64,000 nucleotides of DNA from an uncultured Chthonomonadaceae bacterium. GTDB lineage: Bacteria > Armatimonadota > Chthonomonadetes > Chthonomonadales > Chthonomonadaceae. The notes under the pieces were generated by a model, which saw only the letters and a program-made list of their open reading frames with translations, had not been told where the DNA came from and did no database searches. The stretch's first letter is position 1, and every line of letters begins with the position of its first letter. This document shows positions 28,615-39,379 of this stretch, piece after piece. Where the stretch lies: contig CAWFQB010000003.1 of the NCBI GenBank assembly GCA_963817895.1, positions 512,001-576,000 on the forward strand. Direction: 5' to 3'. Position numbers and translations under genes: made by a program.

Positions 28615-31045
28615 ATGTCCCTTAATCTGGACTTCCTCAACCAACAAATCGCGCGCGCCTGGCCTTTTCTGGTCAGTCAGATTACGAGCGATTTGCAAGC
28701 CTCACTAACAAAAGCCAAACTCGGCGCCCTTACGTTGAGCAATGTGGAATCCGTGTTTTATCTGGACGATGTTCCCGGCTTTACCCGCCTCGATTTAACG
28801 AATGTGAGTCTGGCCGCGCCCCTGAACACGTCTGCCGCGTCCAAACGCTGGAAACTGCAAATCACCGGAAATCTCAACGGCAGCATACTCACATCCGTTG
28901 GCGCGAATTTCACCAGTGTTACCAACAAGCCGTTCACGCTTACCGTCAGCAATTTTCAGGTCGGCATTACGGGCGACATTGATCCGGCGGGCGAACCCGT
29001 GCCGCATGTAAAATCGCTCAAATTGGCGCTGTCGCTCGACATTGAGATGCACAGCCAGGGCAAGCCCATTTTTAGCGTTACCATGCAGGGCAGCGGCGCT
29101 TCGCAGGCATGGACCTCAATCCCCGGACACGGCGAAACGCTTGACAGTCTCTCGGCAGAAGTAAAACTGCACTTAGGGCCACTGGTTGATAAATTTGATA
29201 CCGTAGAAGCGAGCGCCACGCTGGTATTTGACCCCTCCGCGCGCCCCGACAAACCGAGCGACAAGCCGCAAATGCTGAAACTGACCAACATCAAAGCGCA
29301 GGGCGTCATCAAACTGGCCGACGTGATTCTCTCAACTCCGGCGAATATCGTGGACCTGTTTCAGCGTATCGGAGCCGGAACCCTGCCCATCGTCTGGCCG
29401 CCGGAAGGTTCTCGCCCGGACCCCCATCCTGCCCTGCCCAATACCTTTCCATTTCCCAACCCCCTGCTCCGACAGGGCGCGGACGAGATAGAACAGTCAA
29501 CTCCCAAACACGCGCCGCGCGGCTGCGTTTTCAATACTACCTACCAAAACGTAGCAGACCCGGCCAGTCTGCAATTCTATTGGGGGGAACGCGATTCGGC
29601 TATCTGGACAGGACACTATCTGGCGGCGGAAGCGTTTCACTATGCCGCAACGACGGGGGTGGACCGCCAGACCGCGCTCACGCAGGCCGGGGCCATTCTG
29701 GAGGGTATTGAACGTCTGTTTCAGGTTCCCGAAATGTCCGTCAACGCGCAGAAGGCTGCGGACCCTGCCGCGCCTCCGAATCCGTGTGATGCGCTGCTGC
29801 CCCTGCAACAGGTGAGCGTGAAAGGGCTGATGTGTCGCGCCGTACTGCCGCTGAATGAAGTAACACGAACTCTGCCGCCCTTCAATGCGCCTACGACGCC
29901 ACCGTTCAATTCGCCTGCGCCGCCGCCCGCAGGGTCGCTGCCGGACTGCTTTCCGAAGCCGCAAAACGCGCAGGAGGCGCAACAGGCGCAGGCCGCGCAG
30001 AACGCGAAGCAGTTCAACTATTACAGTGGGAGCGTCGAGTCTGGGGGGAACGCAATGGTTCGGCTTCGGGCGCGACAACGACCCGCCGAGCCGCGACCAA
30101 CTCATCGGCGTAATGCTGGGACTGGGGTGCGCCTACAAACTGATTGACGACACGGCTCTGCGGACGCGCATCAAGCCTCTGGTATCCAATCTGCTTTCGT
30201 ACCTGATCGTCAACAACTGGAACTATCCCACGCCTTCCGGGCGTCTGGATGGTCACGCGCCCCGGTTGCCGACGCGCGTTCTCACTTCCTTCCAACCCTT
30301 CTACATTCATCAGCAGCTTGCGTTTCTGATTGTCGGCAAAATGGTGGACGAAACCAAATTCGGCGCGTTTTACGATGAGGCGGCGCATCATCTTTCCGGC
30401 TTTACCTGGTTTCCTATCTGGACGGACTGCCTTGAGCCGGTCACCCACTACTTCAAGTACAATCTGCACTTTGCCTGCATGGCGCTGCTGCTGTTCCTGG
30501 AAACCAGTAAGCCGCAGTACGATGATTACCTGTTCGCCACGAAGATGCTGCGCAAGACGGTCGGGCATCATCGCAACGCTTATTTCAACCTGTTGTGGAT
30601 ACTGGGGCAGAAAGATACTCAACAGTTAAAGGAACTTCAACAGCCGGCAGGCTATCAGGACTCCAATGCCGGAAACGTCGTGGATGTGGCGCAGGAGACC
30701 CGCATCCTCCTGTCCATGTGGCTGGAACGCCGCCGCATAACGCCAGGACCCAATAACCTGTTGCTTCAGAAAACGCCCTGGCCTGAATACCTGCGCGACC
30801 TGTTTCAAACCGAGCGCACGCGCGCATACAGCGCGCTTGGCTCCGATCCCATAGAGCTGGCCGACTTCCCCCTGCCGGTAGATAAGCGTCCCGGGCTGGA
30901 CCTGGATTTCATGTGGCAGCGTAGTCCGTTTCTAACTGATCTCATGCCCGGGGGACAAGTCGGCAAGGATTGCCCCGATACCGAGTCGCCCGGGGTAGAC
31001 TATCTGCTCGCCTACTGGCTGGCAGCGTATCTCAAAGTCGTCTGA
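28615..31045 (+). CDS. Large hypothetical protein, probably one gene with a frameshift near 30050; C-terminal helical enzyme-like domain
   Basis: RBS GGAG. DSAIWTGHYLAAEAF lies in ORF 28561, while SRDQLIGVMLG and PGVDYLLAYW lie in ORF 29885, consistent with one split domain. Confidence 0.7.
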
Positions 31046-31064
31046 CAACACAGGAGCCGCACCA

Positions 31065-31676
31065 ATGGCAACTCCCAATCCGAATGTGCAACGCGCGATC
31101 ACGCAACTGGTGAATTGGTTCAAGGATTTAGAAACGCTTTACGTCATTGTCAAAGGAATTGCTCCTACAGATGCCGGAGCTAATCTGCCCGCGTTTGCCC
31201 GTACAAATCTTGGCATAATTTGCCAGGGGGCGCCCCTGCAATGCCCCGGCAACAAAAATACAGTGGGAAAGGGGTGTATAGATCGTCACCTCGTACCCCT
31301 TGACTCGGAGCATACACGAGACAAACTGGTGAGTCGGATGGAGAATCTGAATCAGACGTTTCTGCAGTTGCTGGGAACCCTCAAAGGCTCACCTGTGGAG
31401 GGCTTGTTTCTCGAATTGTTCCGGCAACTGACATTTCAATTCAGGCCAGAGTGCAGTGACGCGCTGTTTTCTTTCGCGAATCCGGATTTTGCCGTTCTCG
31501 CCAGTCATACTCTGCTGCCGGACGCCGGACGCGCGGCCTTTCTGAACATCGTCAACACGGATTTACATCCCTTTCTGCTGCCCTTCAACACCGGTCCGCA
31601 TCATATTTTCGATACGCCGGGTCGAAAGGTCGCGGAAGAGATCAATTTGCTGCTTGGTAAGGAGATCATGGCATGA
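31065..31676 (+). CDS. Hypothetical protein
   Basis: RBS AGGAG; ATGA overlap with the next gene. Confidence 0.7.
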   Translation: MATPNPNVQRAITQLVNWFKDLETLYVIVKGIAPTDAGANLPAFARTNLGIICQGAPLQCPGNKNTVGKGCIDRHLVPLDSEHTRDKLVSRMENLNQTFLQLLGTLKGSPVEGLFLELFRQLTFQFRPECSDALFSFANPDFAVLASHTLLPDAGRAAFLNIVNTDLHPFLLPFNTGPHHIFDTPGRKVAEEINLLLGKEIMA

Positions 31677-33112
31677 GACGGCGCGCGCTGCTAACCTTTG
31701 TTCTATTGTCGGCCCTTGTTGCGGGTGTTTTTCGCAGCGTAGCGTCGCAGTCGCAGCCCCTTTTCGGTCGGAACATCATCGCGCAAGTCCACGCCGGTTC
31801 CCAACCTGGAAACGAAGCGTCAAACCCGGATGGGGACGCGCAACATGTAACCCTGTTTACGGTTTTCGCTGGTTTCAGGCCCACAGTTCTGGCCTCCGTC
31901 CTGCCTGGCGGACGCCGAGAACAACGTATCGAAATCAACGTGGTTGATTTTGATGTGCCGGACAACAATCTTCAGCCGACACACCGTTATACTCTGCTCG
32001 GCCCGTCCCTGCGACTGTTCTGGTGGATTGAAGAACTGGACGCCGGTAAAAAGCGAGTTCGCCTGTTTCATCCGAACACGGCAAATTACGACCCGGCGAA
32101 CAATGTGATCGTTTTAGCCCCTGGCAATGATGCCTTTCAAATGGCAAAAGGCCACTTTGTCAACGTATACGCATACGCGCAGGAGAATAGCGGGGAACAT
32201 AGAAAGGGCCTGTTGCCGACATTCGAGCCTGCGATGCCCGCCGACATCTCGCTGGAAATTACAGGCGATGCTGTTCCCGCGCCGATTTTTACGTTTCAGC
32301 CGGGATTTCCCCGTCGGCAGAAAATGGAAAGCGGCGCCAGCCGAACCGTAGTTCCCTTTCAATTCAATTTCGAACACCCGGCTCTGCTTCCGAATCTGCG
32401 GGCCGGGCGGCTTTACTTTGAAACCCGTAACGCGCTTTCTACGGAAAGCATGGACCTTTCCACTCAGGTAGAAGTGGGGTTCGGGTTTGAAGGCGATTTC
32501 ATTACGTTTCCCGCGACGGGGCGCAATCCCAGGCCCTTTATCTCCTTCATTCAGCCGACCGCCCGATTACGCTATCTGAGCAATCAGTCGTTTTCCAATC
32601 AAACGCTCGATCTGCGCGCGGGACTTGCGGCTTCCGTGTCCGCGTTCGCCATTCCCCGCAACAACCTCATTCGTAATTCCCTGGGGCCGTTGGTATCCGT
32701 GACGCCCCTGTGGTATGCCCATCGCCTGCGCCGAAATCTCGCTGTAATTCCCTCCCACGCGCAGTACGATGTTCTGGGTACGGCGGCGGAGATTGACTGG
32801 CAGCCCATCTTCCTTTTCGTGCCGGGAAAGCGCGCGCCGGTAGACCTGGAAGATAAGTTCGCGGCGCTCAAACTCAATGGCAAGCTGTGGGCGTTTTATA
32901 ATGAGCAGGCCGTGCCAGGGTTCAAAACGCGCAGTTTCGAGACGTGCGGCGACGTGGAACTCCAGATACCCATTCACTTGGGCAAGGCCACGCCGCTCAA
33001 AACCTGGATGATCGTCTTTTACGGGGACGGCGCGAACGAAGCGAACGGTTTTGCGCGCTCCACGCAGTTGGGCGCGGCCATTCGCATCGCGGATTTTCGT
33101 CTCGGGTTTTAA
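31673..33112 (+). CDS. Secreted hypothetical protein, possible outer-membrane beta-barrel
   Basis: Signal peptide, beta-rich C-terminal half and terminal Phe (DFRLGF). Confidence 0.65.
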   Translation: MRRRALLTFVLLSALVAGVFRSVASQSQPLFGRNIIAQVHAGSQPGNEASNPDGDAQHVTLFTVFAGFRPTVLASVLPGGRREQRIEINVVDFDVPDNNLQPTHRYTLLGPSLRLFWWIEELDAGKKRVRLFHPNTANYDPANNVIVLAPGNDAFQMAKGHFVNVYAYAQENSGEHRKGLLPTFEPAMPADISLEITGDAVPAPIFTFQPGFPRRQKMESGASRTVVPFQFNFEHPALLPNLRAGRLYFETRNALSTESMDLSTQVEVGFGFEGDFITFPATGRNPRPFISFIQPTARLRYLSNQSFSNQTLDLRAGLAASVSAFAIPRNNLIRNSLGPLVSVTPLWYAHRLRRNLAVIPSHAQYDVLGTAAEIDWQPIFLFVPGKRAPVDLEDKFAALKLNGKLWAFYNEQAVPGFKTRSFETCGDVELQIPIHLGKATPLKTWMIVFYGDGANEANGFARSTQLGAAIRIADFRLGF

Positions 33113-33202
33113 CGCCGTTGCGCAGTCCGGCGTCGAGCGTTTCCAGCCGCCAAAGTTTGCCCCGCATGTTTTACCGGGCAGCGCCTTTATACAGGAATAG
33201 CG

Positions 33203-33850
33203 TTACCACGCGAAATCTACAGCCTGCAAAAAGGCGCGGGCAATAATCATGTGGCCGACCGGGTTAGGATGAACGCGATCCCACGCGAGCGTGGCGGGGT
33301 AATAGGTTTGCAGGGCGGTGTCGAAAGCGGATTGGGTATCCACGAACAGCGTTCTATGCTGAATAGCGAGTTTGTGAACAATCGCGCCGTAATGATCCAT
33401 TTGCGCCCGCATCGCGTCCCGCGTGTTCGGCTCGATATAAAATGGCGTCATTAGAACCAGTCCTTTCACCGTCGGCAGGGTTTCACGAACAAGACTCTCC
33501 AGCGTGGTTTCGTACTCTTCCGGGTAGACGTGTCCCTGCGTCTGCTGCGGGCTGTCGAATTGCCGCCACACGTCGTTGATGCCAATCATAATGGCAAGCC
33601 AGTCCGGCTGCAAAGCATGGACATCGGTTTGCCAGCGCGTTTTCAGGTCGCGAACCGTATTGCCGCTGCTGCCCATGTTGACCACGCGAATATTCTGCTG
33701 TGGATACACGGCTCCGAGCAGCGCTGCCACATTGCTGACGTAGCCCTTACCCAACGCCTCGCTCATGCCCTCGCCAACGGGACGCGCCCGCCCCGCATCC
33801 GTAATGCTGTCCCCAATCATCACCAACTTGCTTCCCGCTTCTATTTTCAA
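33203..33850 (-). CDS. SGNH/GDSL esterase (acetylxylan esterase-like)
   Basis: GDSITD, IGINDVWR and DRVHP. Confidence 0.92.
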   Translation of the reverse strand: MKIEAGSKLVMIGDSITDAGRARPVGEGMSEALGKGYVSNVAALLGAVYPQQNIRVVNMGSSGNTVRDLKTRWQTDVHALQPDWLAIMIGINDVWRQFDSPQQTQGHVYPEEYETTLESLVRETLPTVKGLVLMTPFYIEPNTRDAMRAQMDHYGAIVHKLAIQHRTLFVDTQSAFDTALQTYYPATLAWDRVHPNPVGHMIIARAFLQAVDFAW

Positions 33851-33918
33851 GTCTGCCCTCCCCGCCTATCGTTTCTCTTCCACCCCATTGCATGAAGCAG
33901 CTCAAACAGTTTACCAGT

Positions 33919-34799
33919 TTACGGCAGATTGAGCAATTCCGTCCAGCTTTCCACATCCATAAGTTGGTCTATCAGCGCGTCCAGCGCGTCCAGAGAAGTC
34001 ACTGCGTTCAACGCGGCTTGTACCGCTTCGGAAGGCGGGCCAAAACGTTTGCCGCCCAATGTTCTCAGAACCCGGTGCGCTTCTTCTGCGCGGCCCTCCT
34101 GTCGTCCCTCCTGCCGGCCTTCTTCGACGATAGCCTGATACGTGACGGATTCTTTCATGTTCATCACTCCTTGCAGCAGTTGCCGCGTGAACTCGGCCTC
34201 ATAGCGCAGGCCCATCAATACGTTTGTCGCCGTCCATAGCTTGCCCGCGTCCATAGCTTGCCCGCCTGTTCGGGGGTTGCCTCCACGTTGATACGCGCTT
34301 TCATACGCTCTATGACAGCGGGCAGTTCTTGCTCGGTCACTCTGGCAAGTGGGGCGAAGGGCAGCGTTCCCAATCCACCTGCCAGCACCTCTTCTACGGG
34401 CTTTTCCCACACCCGCGCCACCTGATACCGGAACTCCAGATACACGCTCGTATCCGGCAAGCGATATTGCAGTACGCCCGTAATACTGCCCCTGTCCGCT
34501 TCCTCGCTCAACAACACAAGGACGCTGCGAACCGGCAATTTGTGCCGAACATGCAACACCACGCTGTAGTGCAGCGCGCGCTCTACAACGGAGGCATCAT
34601 GTCCGCTCTGAAACTCGATGTGCAGCAGGGAGGGTTCTTCTTCCAGGATGCGCAATACCTTATCGGCGGCCAGCGAAACCGTAGACAGTTCTGCTTCCAC
34701 AACCTCTACGTCGGCAGGCGGCAAACCGAGGTAGGGCAGCCAATCTGAGGGACGCAGTTCCACAAGGTCTTTCGTGGTCACATCGTACTTTTTCGTCAT
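33919..34799 (-). pseudogene. Rpn-family (PD-(D/E)XK) nuclease/putative transposase with DUF4351-like tail, broken by a 17-bp tandem duplication
   Basis: ADKV...LLHIEFQS and MKESVTYQAIVEEGRQEG. CGTCCATAGCTTGCCCG occurs twice at 34231-34264 at the frame switch. Confidence 0.8.
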
Positions 34800-34980
34800 G
34801 TATCCTTTTGCCTTTCGAGGGAACTGCGTACAGCGTCAACGCGCGAACACATCGCAGGGGTTCTGCTTGCTGAACCCGCCTTGAAAATGGGCGCGAGGCT
34901 TTCGGCTGTACGAGATGCATCAGCAACACGTCAGGCGCAACGTAGTTTTGAGAATGCGCGTGATCAGGACAAGACCTCAT

Positions 34981-37900
34981 CTACAAGGCAGCGCGAAATT
35001 GGAGCGCGAAAACGAAAGCCTGCTCAGACGTCATAGCCCGCCCTTCCTCCCAGGCGCTTTCAAAGGCTTCCGCGCTCAGGCTCTCTCTGGCGACAGCAAC
35101 CGGATGCTCACTCCCATATATGGTCTGTAGAGCCGTCGAAAGCGCCTCCACAACTCCTGCCAACGTCACCGCCTCCGCGAAGCGCCCTTCCGCCTCGTTG
35201 AGCCGCGCGAACTTTTCAAAACTATCTATTAGCCCCCGTACATCTTTCTGCGCCTGTCTTATGTTCAGGCTCTCCACAAGCAACCCGCGCGCGCGCGCAT
35301 AGTCGCCTTCCTCACAGGATAGAAATCCGAGAGAACCAAGGGCCGTCGCAATACCCCAGTTGTGGCTCATTTTCCGCCATATCGCGAGGCTTCTTTCGTG
35401 ACGGATTCGCGCTGTTTTCCAGTCTCCCATTTTATAAGCAACCGTCCCCAGCGTTTTCAAGGTATACGCGATGCCGTGCCAATCCTCCTGTTGTTCACAA
35501 AGCGCCAGACACTCCAGGCAGAGGGCCTGCGCTTCCTCCAGATTTCCCTTGCGATAGGCCACATTGCCGAGATTCCCCAACGCCATAGCGATACCTTCGC
35601 GGTTGTTTAGCTGCCGAAAGAGCGCCAGGCCAGCATTTAGCGCATCGTCTGCGCGAGAATAATCCCCTTCATCCCAGGCTAAGATGCCCAGTTGACACAA
35701 ACTTTTCGCCTGCAACAGGTAGCTGCCGGATGCGGTCGCAATATCCAGCGCCTCCTCGAAACAGGGTTGCGCGTCGGCATTGTCGCCCTGAGAAGTCGCC
35801 ATGCGTCCTGCGCCATAGAGCGCCTTCGCGCGCAGTTCGGAACGCGCAGGGCCGCTTCGGGCCAGCAAGGTATCCAGTATCCGGCGGCCTTCCTGTAGGT
35901 AATTCGTCATTTCCCAAAATGGGCAAAGCCCAACAGCCATTTGTAAGCCCGTTTCGATGCGCTCCGAGTTTTCTACAGCCGCCTTTTCTTTGGGGAACAG
36001 GCTCCAGTCCAGAGCGGCGCGCAGATTAGCATACTCCGTTTCTATCCGGCGCAGCCAGAGGTCTTGCTCCAGTGAACCGGTTTTTGCCCCATTCTCCTCA
36101 ATGAACGCGCAGAAGTAGTCCAGATGCCTCTTACGCGCAGCGGATAGTTCCTCTGTGTCGGCGCTTTTCTCCTCGCAATACAGGCGTAAAGTTACCAGCA
36201 GGCGATAGCGCGGGGCGCTCCTCTGCTCCTCATAAACGATCAGGCTCTTATCCACCAACTGCGTCATCAGGTTCAGCGCTTCGAATTCATTCAGAGCGTC
36301 CCCGACACAGACCGCCTCCGCCGCTTCCAGCGTACAGCCGCCCGCAAAAACTGTCAGGAAGCCCAGTAGTCGCTTCTCCGGTTCACTCAGGAGGTCATAG
36401 CTCCAATCCAGTGTGGCCCGTAGCGTCTGCTGGCGCGGCAAAGCCGCCCGGTCGCCCCTGTTGAGCAGGCGCAAACTATCCTGCAAACGCAGGGCAATTT
36501 GTTCCGGCGTCAGCGCCTTCACGCGCGCGGCGGCCAACTCAATCGCGAGAGGGATACCGTCAAGGTATTGCGCAATCTGTACAATCGCCGGAAGGTTGTT
36601 CGCGGATACTTTGAAACTCATCAGCGCCTGTTGCGCGCGTTCCACAAAAATTTGTACGGCTTCATATTCCAGCAGCGCCGATTGCGTTTCTTTGTCATGT
36701 ACAACGAAGTCGCGTGGAGGGAGAAGAAGCGGCGGCACGTTATACACGCGTTCGCCTGCGATACCCAGTGGCTGTCTGCTGGTGGCGAGAATACGAAGGT
36801 CGGGACACCCTCCAAGCAATCGGGATACCAACCGCGCGCATACATCGAGGAGATGTTCGCAGTTGTCTATAATCAACAGTAGCGTTTTCGGCTTCAAATA
36901 CTCCGTTAATGTTTCCGTCACCTCTGTTTCCTGCGGTTCGCGCAAGCCCAATACCTCGGCCAGCGTAGGCGCTACCAGAAGCGGGGTTGAAAAGCGCAGC
37001 CAAATCGGCAAACCATACTCCCTCCGGGTAAGTATCCGCCACCTCGTCAGCGATGGCAAGCGCCAGCCGCGTTTTTCCAATGCCGCCGCTTCCTGTGAGT
37101 GTAACCAACCGCTCGGACTTGACAAAGGCGGCAATCTCCCATCGCTCTTGCTGACGGCCCACCAGTTTGTTCAGCGCGCGCGGGAAATGGCGGCGGGCAA
37201 TGAGAATCTGACGGCGCGGAAAGGGCGCGCATGGGAACGACAATCTCGCTCGGTTTCGGATTCGGGCGGTCTGCGCGGCTTGCCCTGCGGTTTGCGCAAT
37301 CTGAGTTGCGAGTTCCTGTGTGGCGTCGGAGGGCGTCCACCCCATTTCGGACTGGAGTCGCTGCGCAAAGTCCTGATATTGCTCCAGCGCCGCCATCGGC
37401 CTCCCCAATTTCAGGAGAAGCCGCATCACATTCCGGCGGGTTTCCTCACGCAACGGGTCCGCCTGCGCGCGCGATGGGCGTAATCAACAGCCTGCTCGAA
37501 GTCCTCCACTTGCGCCAGTTTCTTCACTAAAAGTCTCAGGGCATTCAAATAGACATCTGTGAGGCGTACGCGTTCAGGTGTGATCCACTCGTCGTAGTAT
37601 CCGGCCAGCAACGGGCCCCGGCACATATCCACCGTTTGCTTCAATTGAAATCGCAGTTCAGCTTCATCGGATACTCTTGAGAGAGATTTAAGCGCCTGTT
37701 CAAAATCCGCCACATCGGTTGATACCATTTCCAGATTCAGATATAGATGCGACCTGGTAGCAATCATCACGCTTCCCGCGGCAATACCCGGCGGCTCCAG
37801 CAGTTTACGCAGGGCATTGAGGGCAACGCTCAGGCTGTTGCGTCCACCTTCGATAGTGGCGTCGGGCCAGAGCAACTCTATTAGCGCTTCACGGGAGGGA

Positions 37901-38040
37901 GTTATATGCCGGTTCAGCGCCAGATAGGCCAGGAGCAGAGCCGTCTTCTGCGTGCGAAATTGCCTCGCTTCTATCCCTGCCTGTGAGTTCTGCAATCCGG
38001 GTCGAACGAAAAGATGCCCGAATAGTTCGATATGCCACAT
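34981..38040 (-). CDS. AfsR/SARP (BTAD) + NB-ARC-type STAND ATPase + TPR regulator, with frameshifts at about 37.0-37.5 kb
   Basis: FRTQKTALLLAYLA, SREALIELLWP, GSGGIGKTRLA, DNCEHL, LDGIPLAIELAAAR, RQQTLRATLDWSY and TPRs. Confidence 0.88.
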
Positions 38041-38296
38041 AAACGCGCCTTTCCTCCCGCAGATAGATCTACCATTTAAGGCTGCTGTAAGGGAGGGGGT
38101 GTACACTTAATCCAACAACGTAGTGAGAACGGCAGGAACGGCTCTCTTTTCGATTACGGATGTATGCCTTACGGCTTACGGTTTCCTGTAACATTCGCGC
38201 CTGGACAACGCTTTTCCTTCCTTTCCGATAACGTGAACTTTACAGGCTTTCTGGCTGTCTCTGCGCGCGATAACAGCGGATGAAGAGGGAGGGTTC

Positions 38297-38437
38297 GTGG
38301 TAGCGCTGGATGCGGTAACGGCGACTATCAATGCCAACCGCCGCGTACAACTGGAGATTTGCGCTGGGCTTCAGGGCGATTCCACAATCCTGAGGATCGC
38401 CTATCAGGTGAACTTTCTGATCAAGAAGGCTTTGTAG
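38297..38437 (+). CDS. Unlisted 46-aa ORF (MVALDAVTATINANRRVQLEICAGLQGDSTILRIAYQVNFLIKKAL)
   Basis: Read by hand; SD GGGAGG lies just upstream of GTG. It is below the ORF-track length cut-off. Confidence 0.4.
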   Translation: MVALDAVTATINANRRVQLEICAGLQGDSTILRIAYQVNFLIKKAL

Positions 38438-38498
38438 ACAGTCCCCTGACTGTTCTGACAGGCATGTGTCCGGCGAGGCCGGAGAAGGAGTGCAAAAA

Positions 38499-38936
38499 AT
38501 GACAGCAGTGAAAAGCATCGTTGCAGCGCGCGAGCGCGACGCGGCATGGCTGGTCGCCCTGTACCTGGCCGTTTACGGCGGCGACCCTGCGCCCCAGGAA
38601 GGCGCCTTGATTGCGCAGGAGTTGCGGGAAGCCGCCGCGCTGAACGCTATTGCCGCCCTGTCGCTTGCGCTGGACGGCAAGGCCAAACAAGCAGTGCAGC
38701 AGGCCATCACGCCGCTGAAGCAGCAGCGCGAAATGCGGCATGTGGACGCGAAGGTCGCCGGAGAGCGGCTCGAGTCGTTTGGAATTCATATGGAAGAACA
38801 GGACGCCGCCCATCCTCATCACGTCGGGACAACGGAAGCATCCACGATACGCCCGCGGCTCCCCTACTGCATTCGCTTTCATGGAGTCGTCTACTGCGTT
38901 CCGATTCTCTCGCCCGGCCCTATTCTCTTTGAATAG
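38499..38936 (+). CDS. Hypothetical protein with C-terminal Cys pair (YCIRFHGVVYCVP)
   Basis: SD AAGGAG before ATG 38499. Confidence 0.7.
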   Translation: MTAVKSIVAARERDAAWLVALYLAVYGGDPAPQEGALIAQELREAAALNAIAALSLALDGKAKQAVQQAITPLKQQREMRHVDAKVAGERLESFGIHMEEQDAAHPHHVGTTEASTIRPRLPYCIRFHGVVYCVPILSPGPILFE

Positions 38937-39036
38937 CGCCTGAGCCTCAGACCTCCGGGCTGCAAAGCAAGCGCAGGGCGCAGAATACGCCCTGCGCCGT
39001 TCCTCAGAACCAGGAACAAAGAAAGGAGAAGCATCC

Positions 39037-39285
39037 ATGTCCGATCAGAATTATGGAACGAGCGCGAAGAAACTGCCTTCGTCGGAAGAAATCGAGGCTA
39101 TGGCCGCATTTCCGCAGGGCGCTCACAGCGATGCCGAATGTAACGCATTGTGTGACGACCTGCGCGAAACCGCAGATGCGCTTTCAGTCGCTCGCGCAGC
39201 GGATCGCCCCAGGCTAATTCTTCGGCTACAACTTATCAATCGGCATATGCGCGCGCTGCATTGCCGTATCTGCCTGCCGGAATGA
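39037..39285 (+). CDS. Small hypothetical Cys-containing protein
   Basis: SD AAAGGAG; CxxxC and C-terminal CxxC; followed by a hairpin at 39291-39317. Confidence 0.7.
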   Translation: MSDQNYGTSAKKLPSSEEIEAMAAFPQGAHSDAECNALCDDLRETADALSVARAADRPRLILRLQLINRHMRALHCRICLPE

Positions 39286-39379
39286 GAATACAGACGCATA
39301 TGTTCGGTATGCGTCTGTCTAACTTCGGCATGGCGAAAGCGACTGCATTTCAACGCCCATTTAACGGTAAGGAAATACT

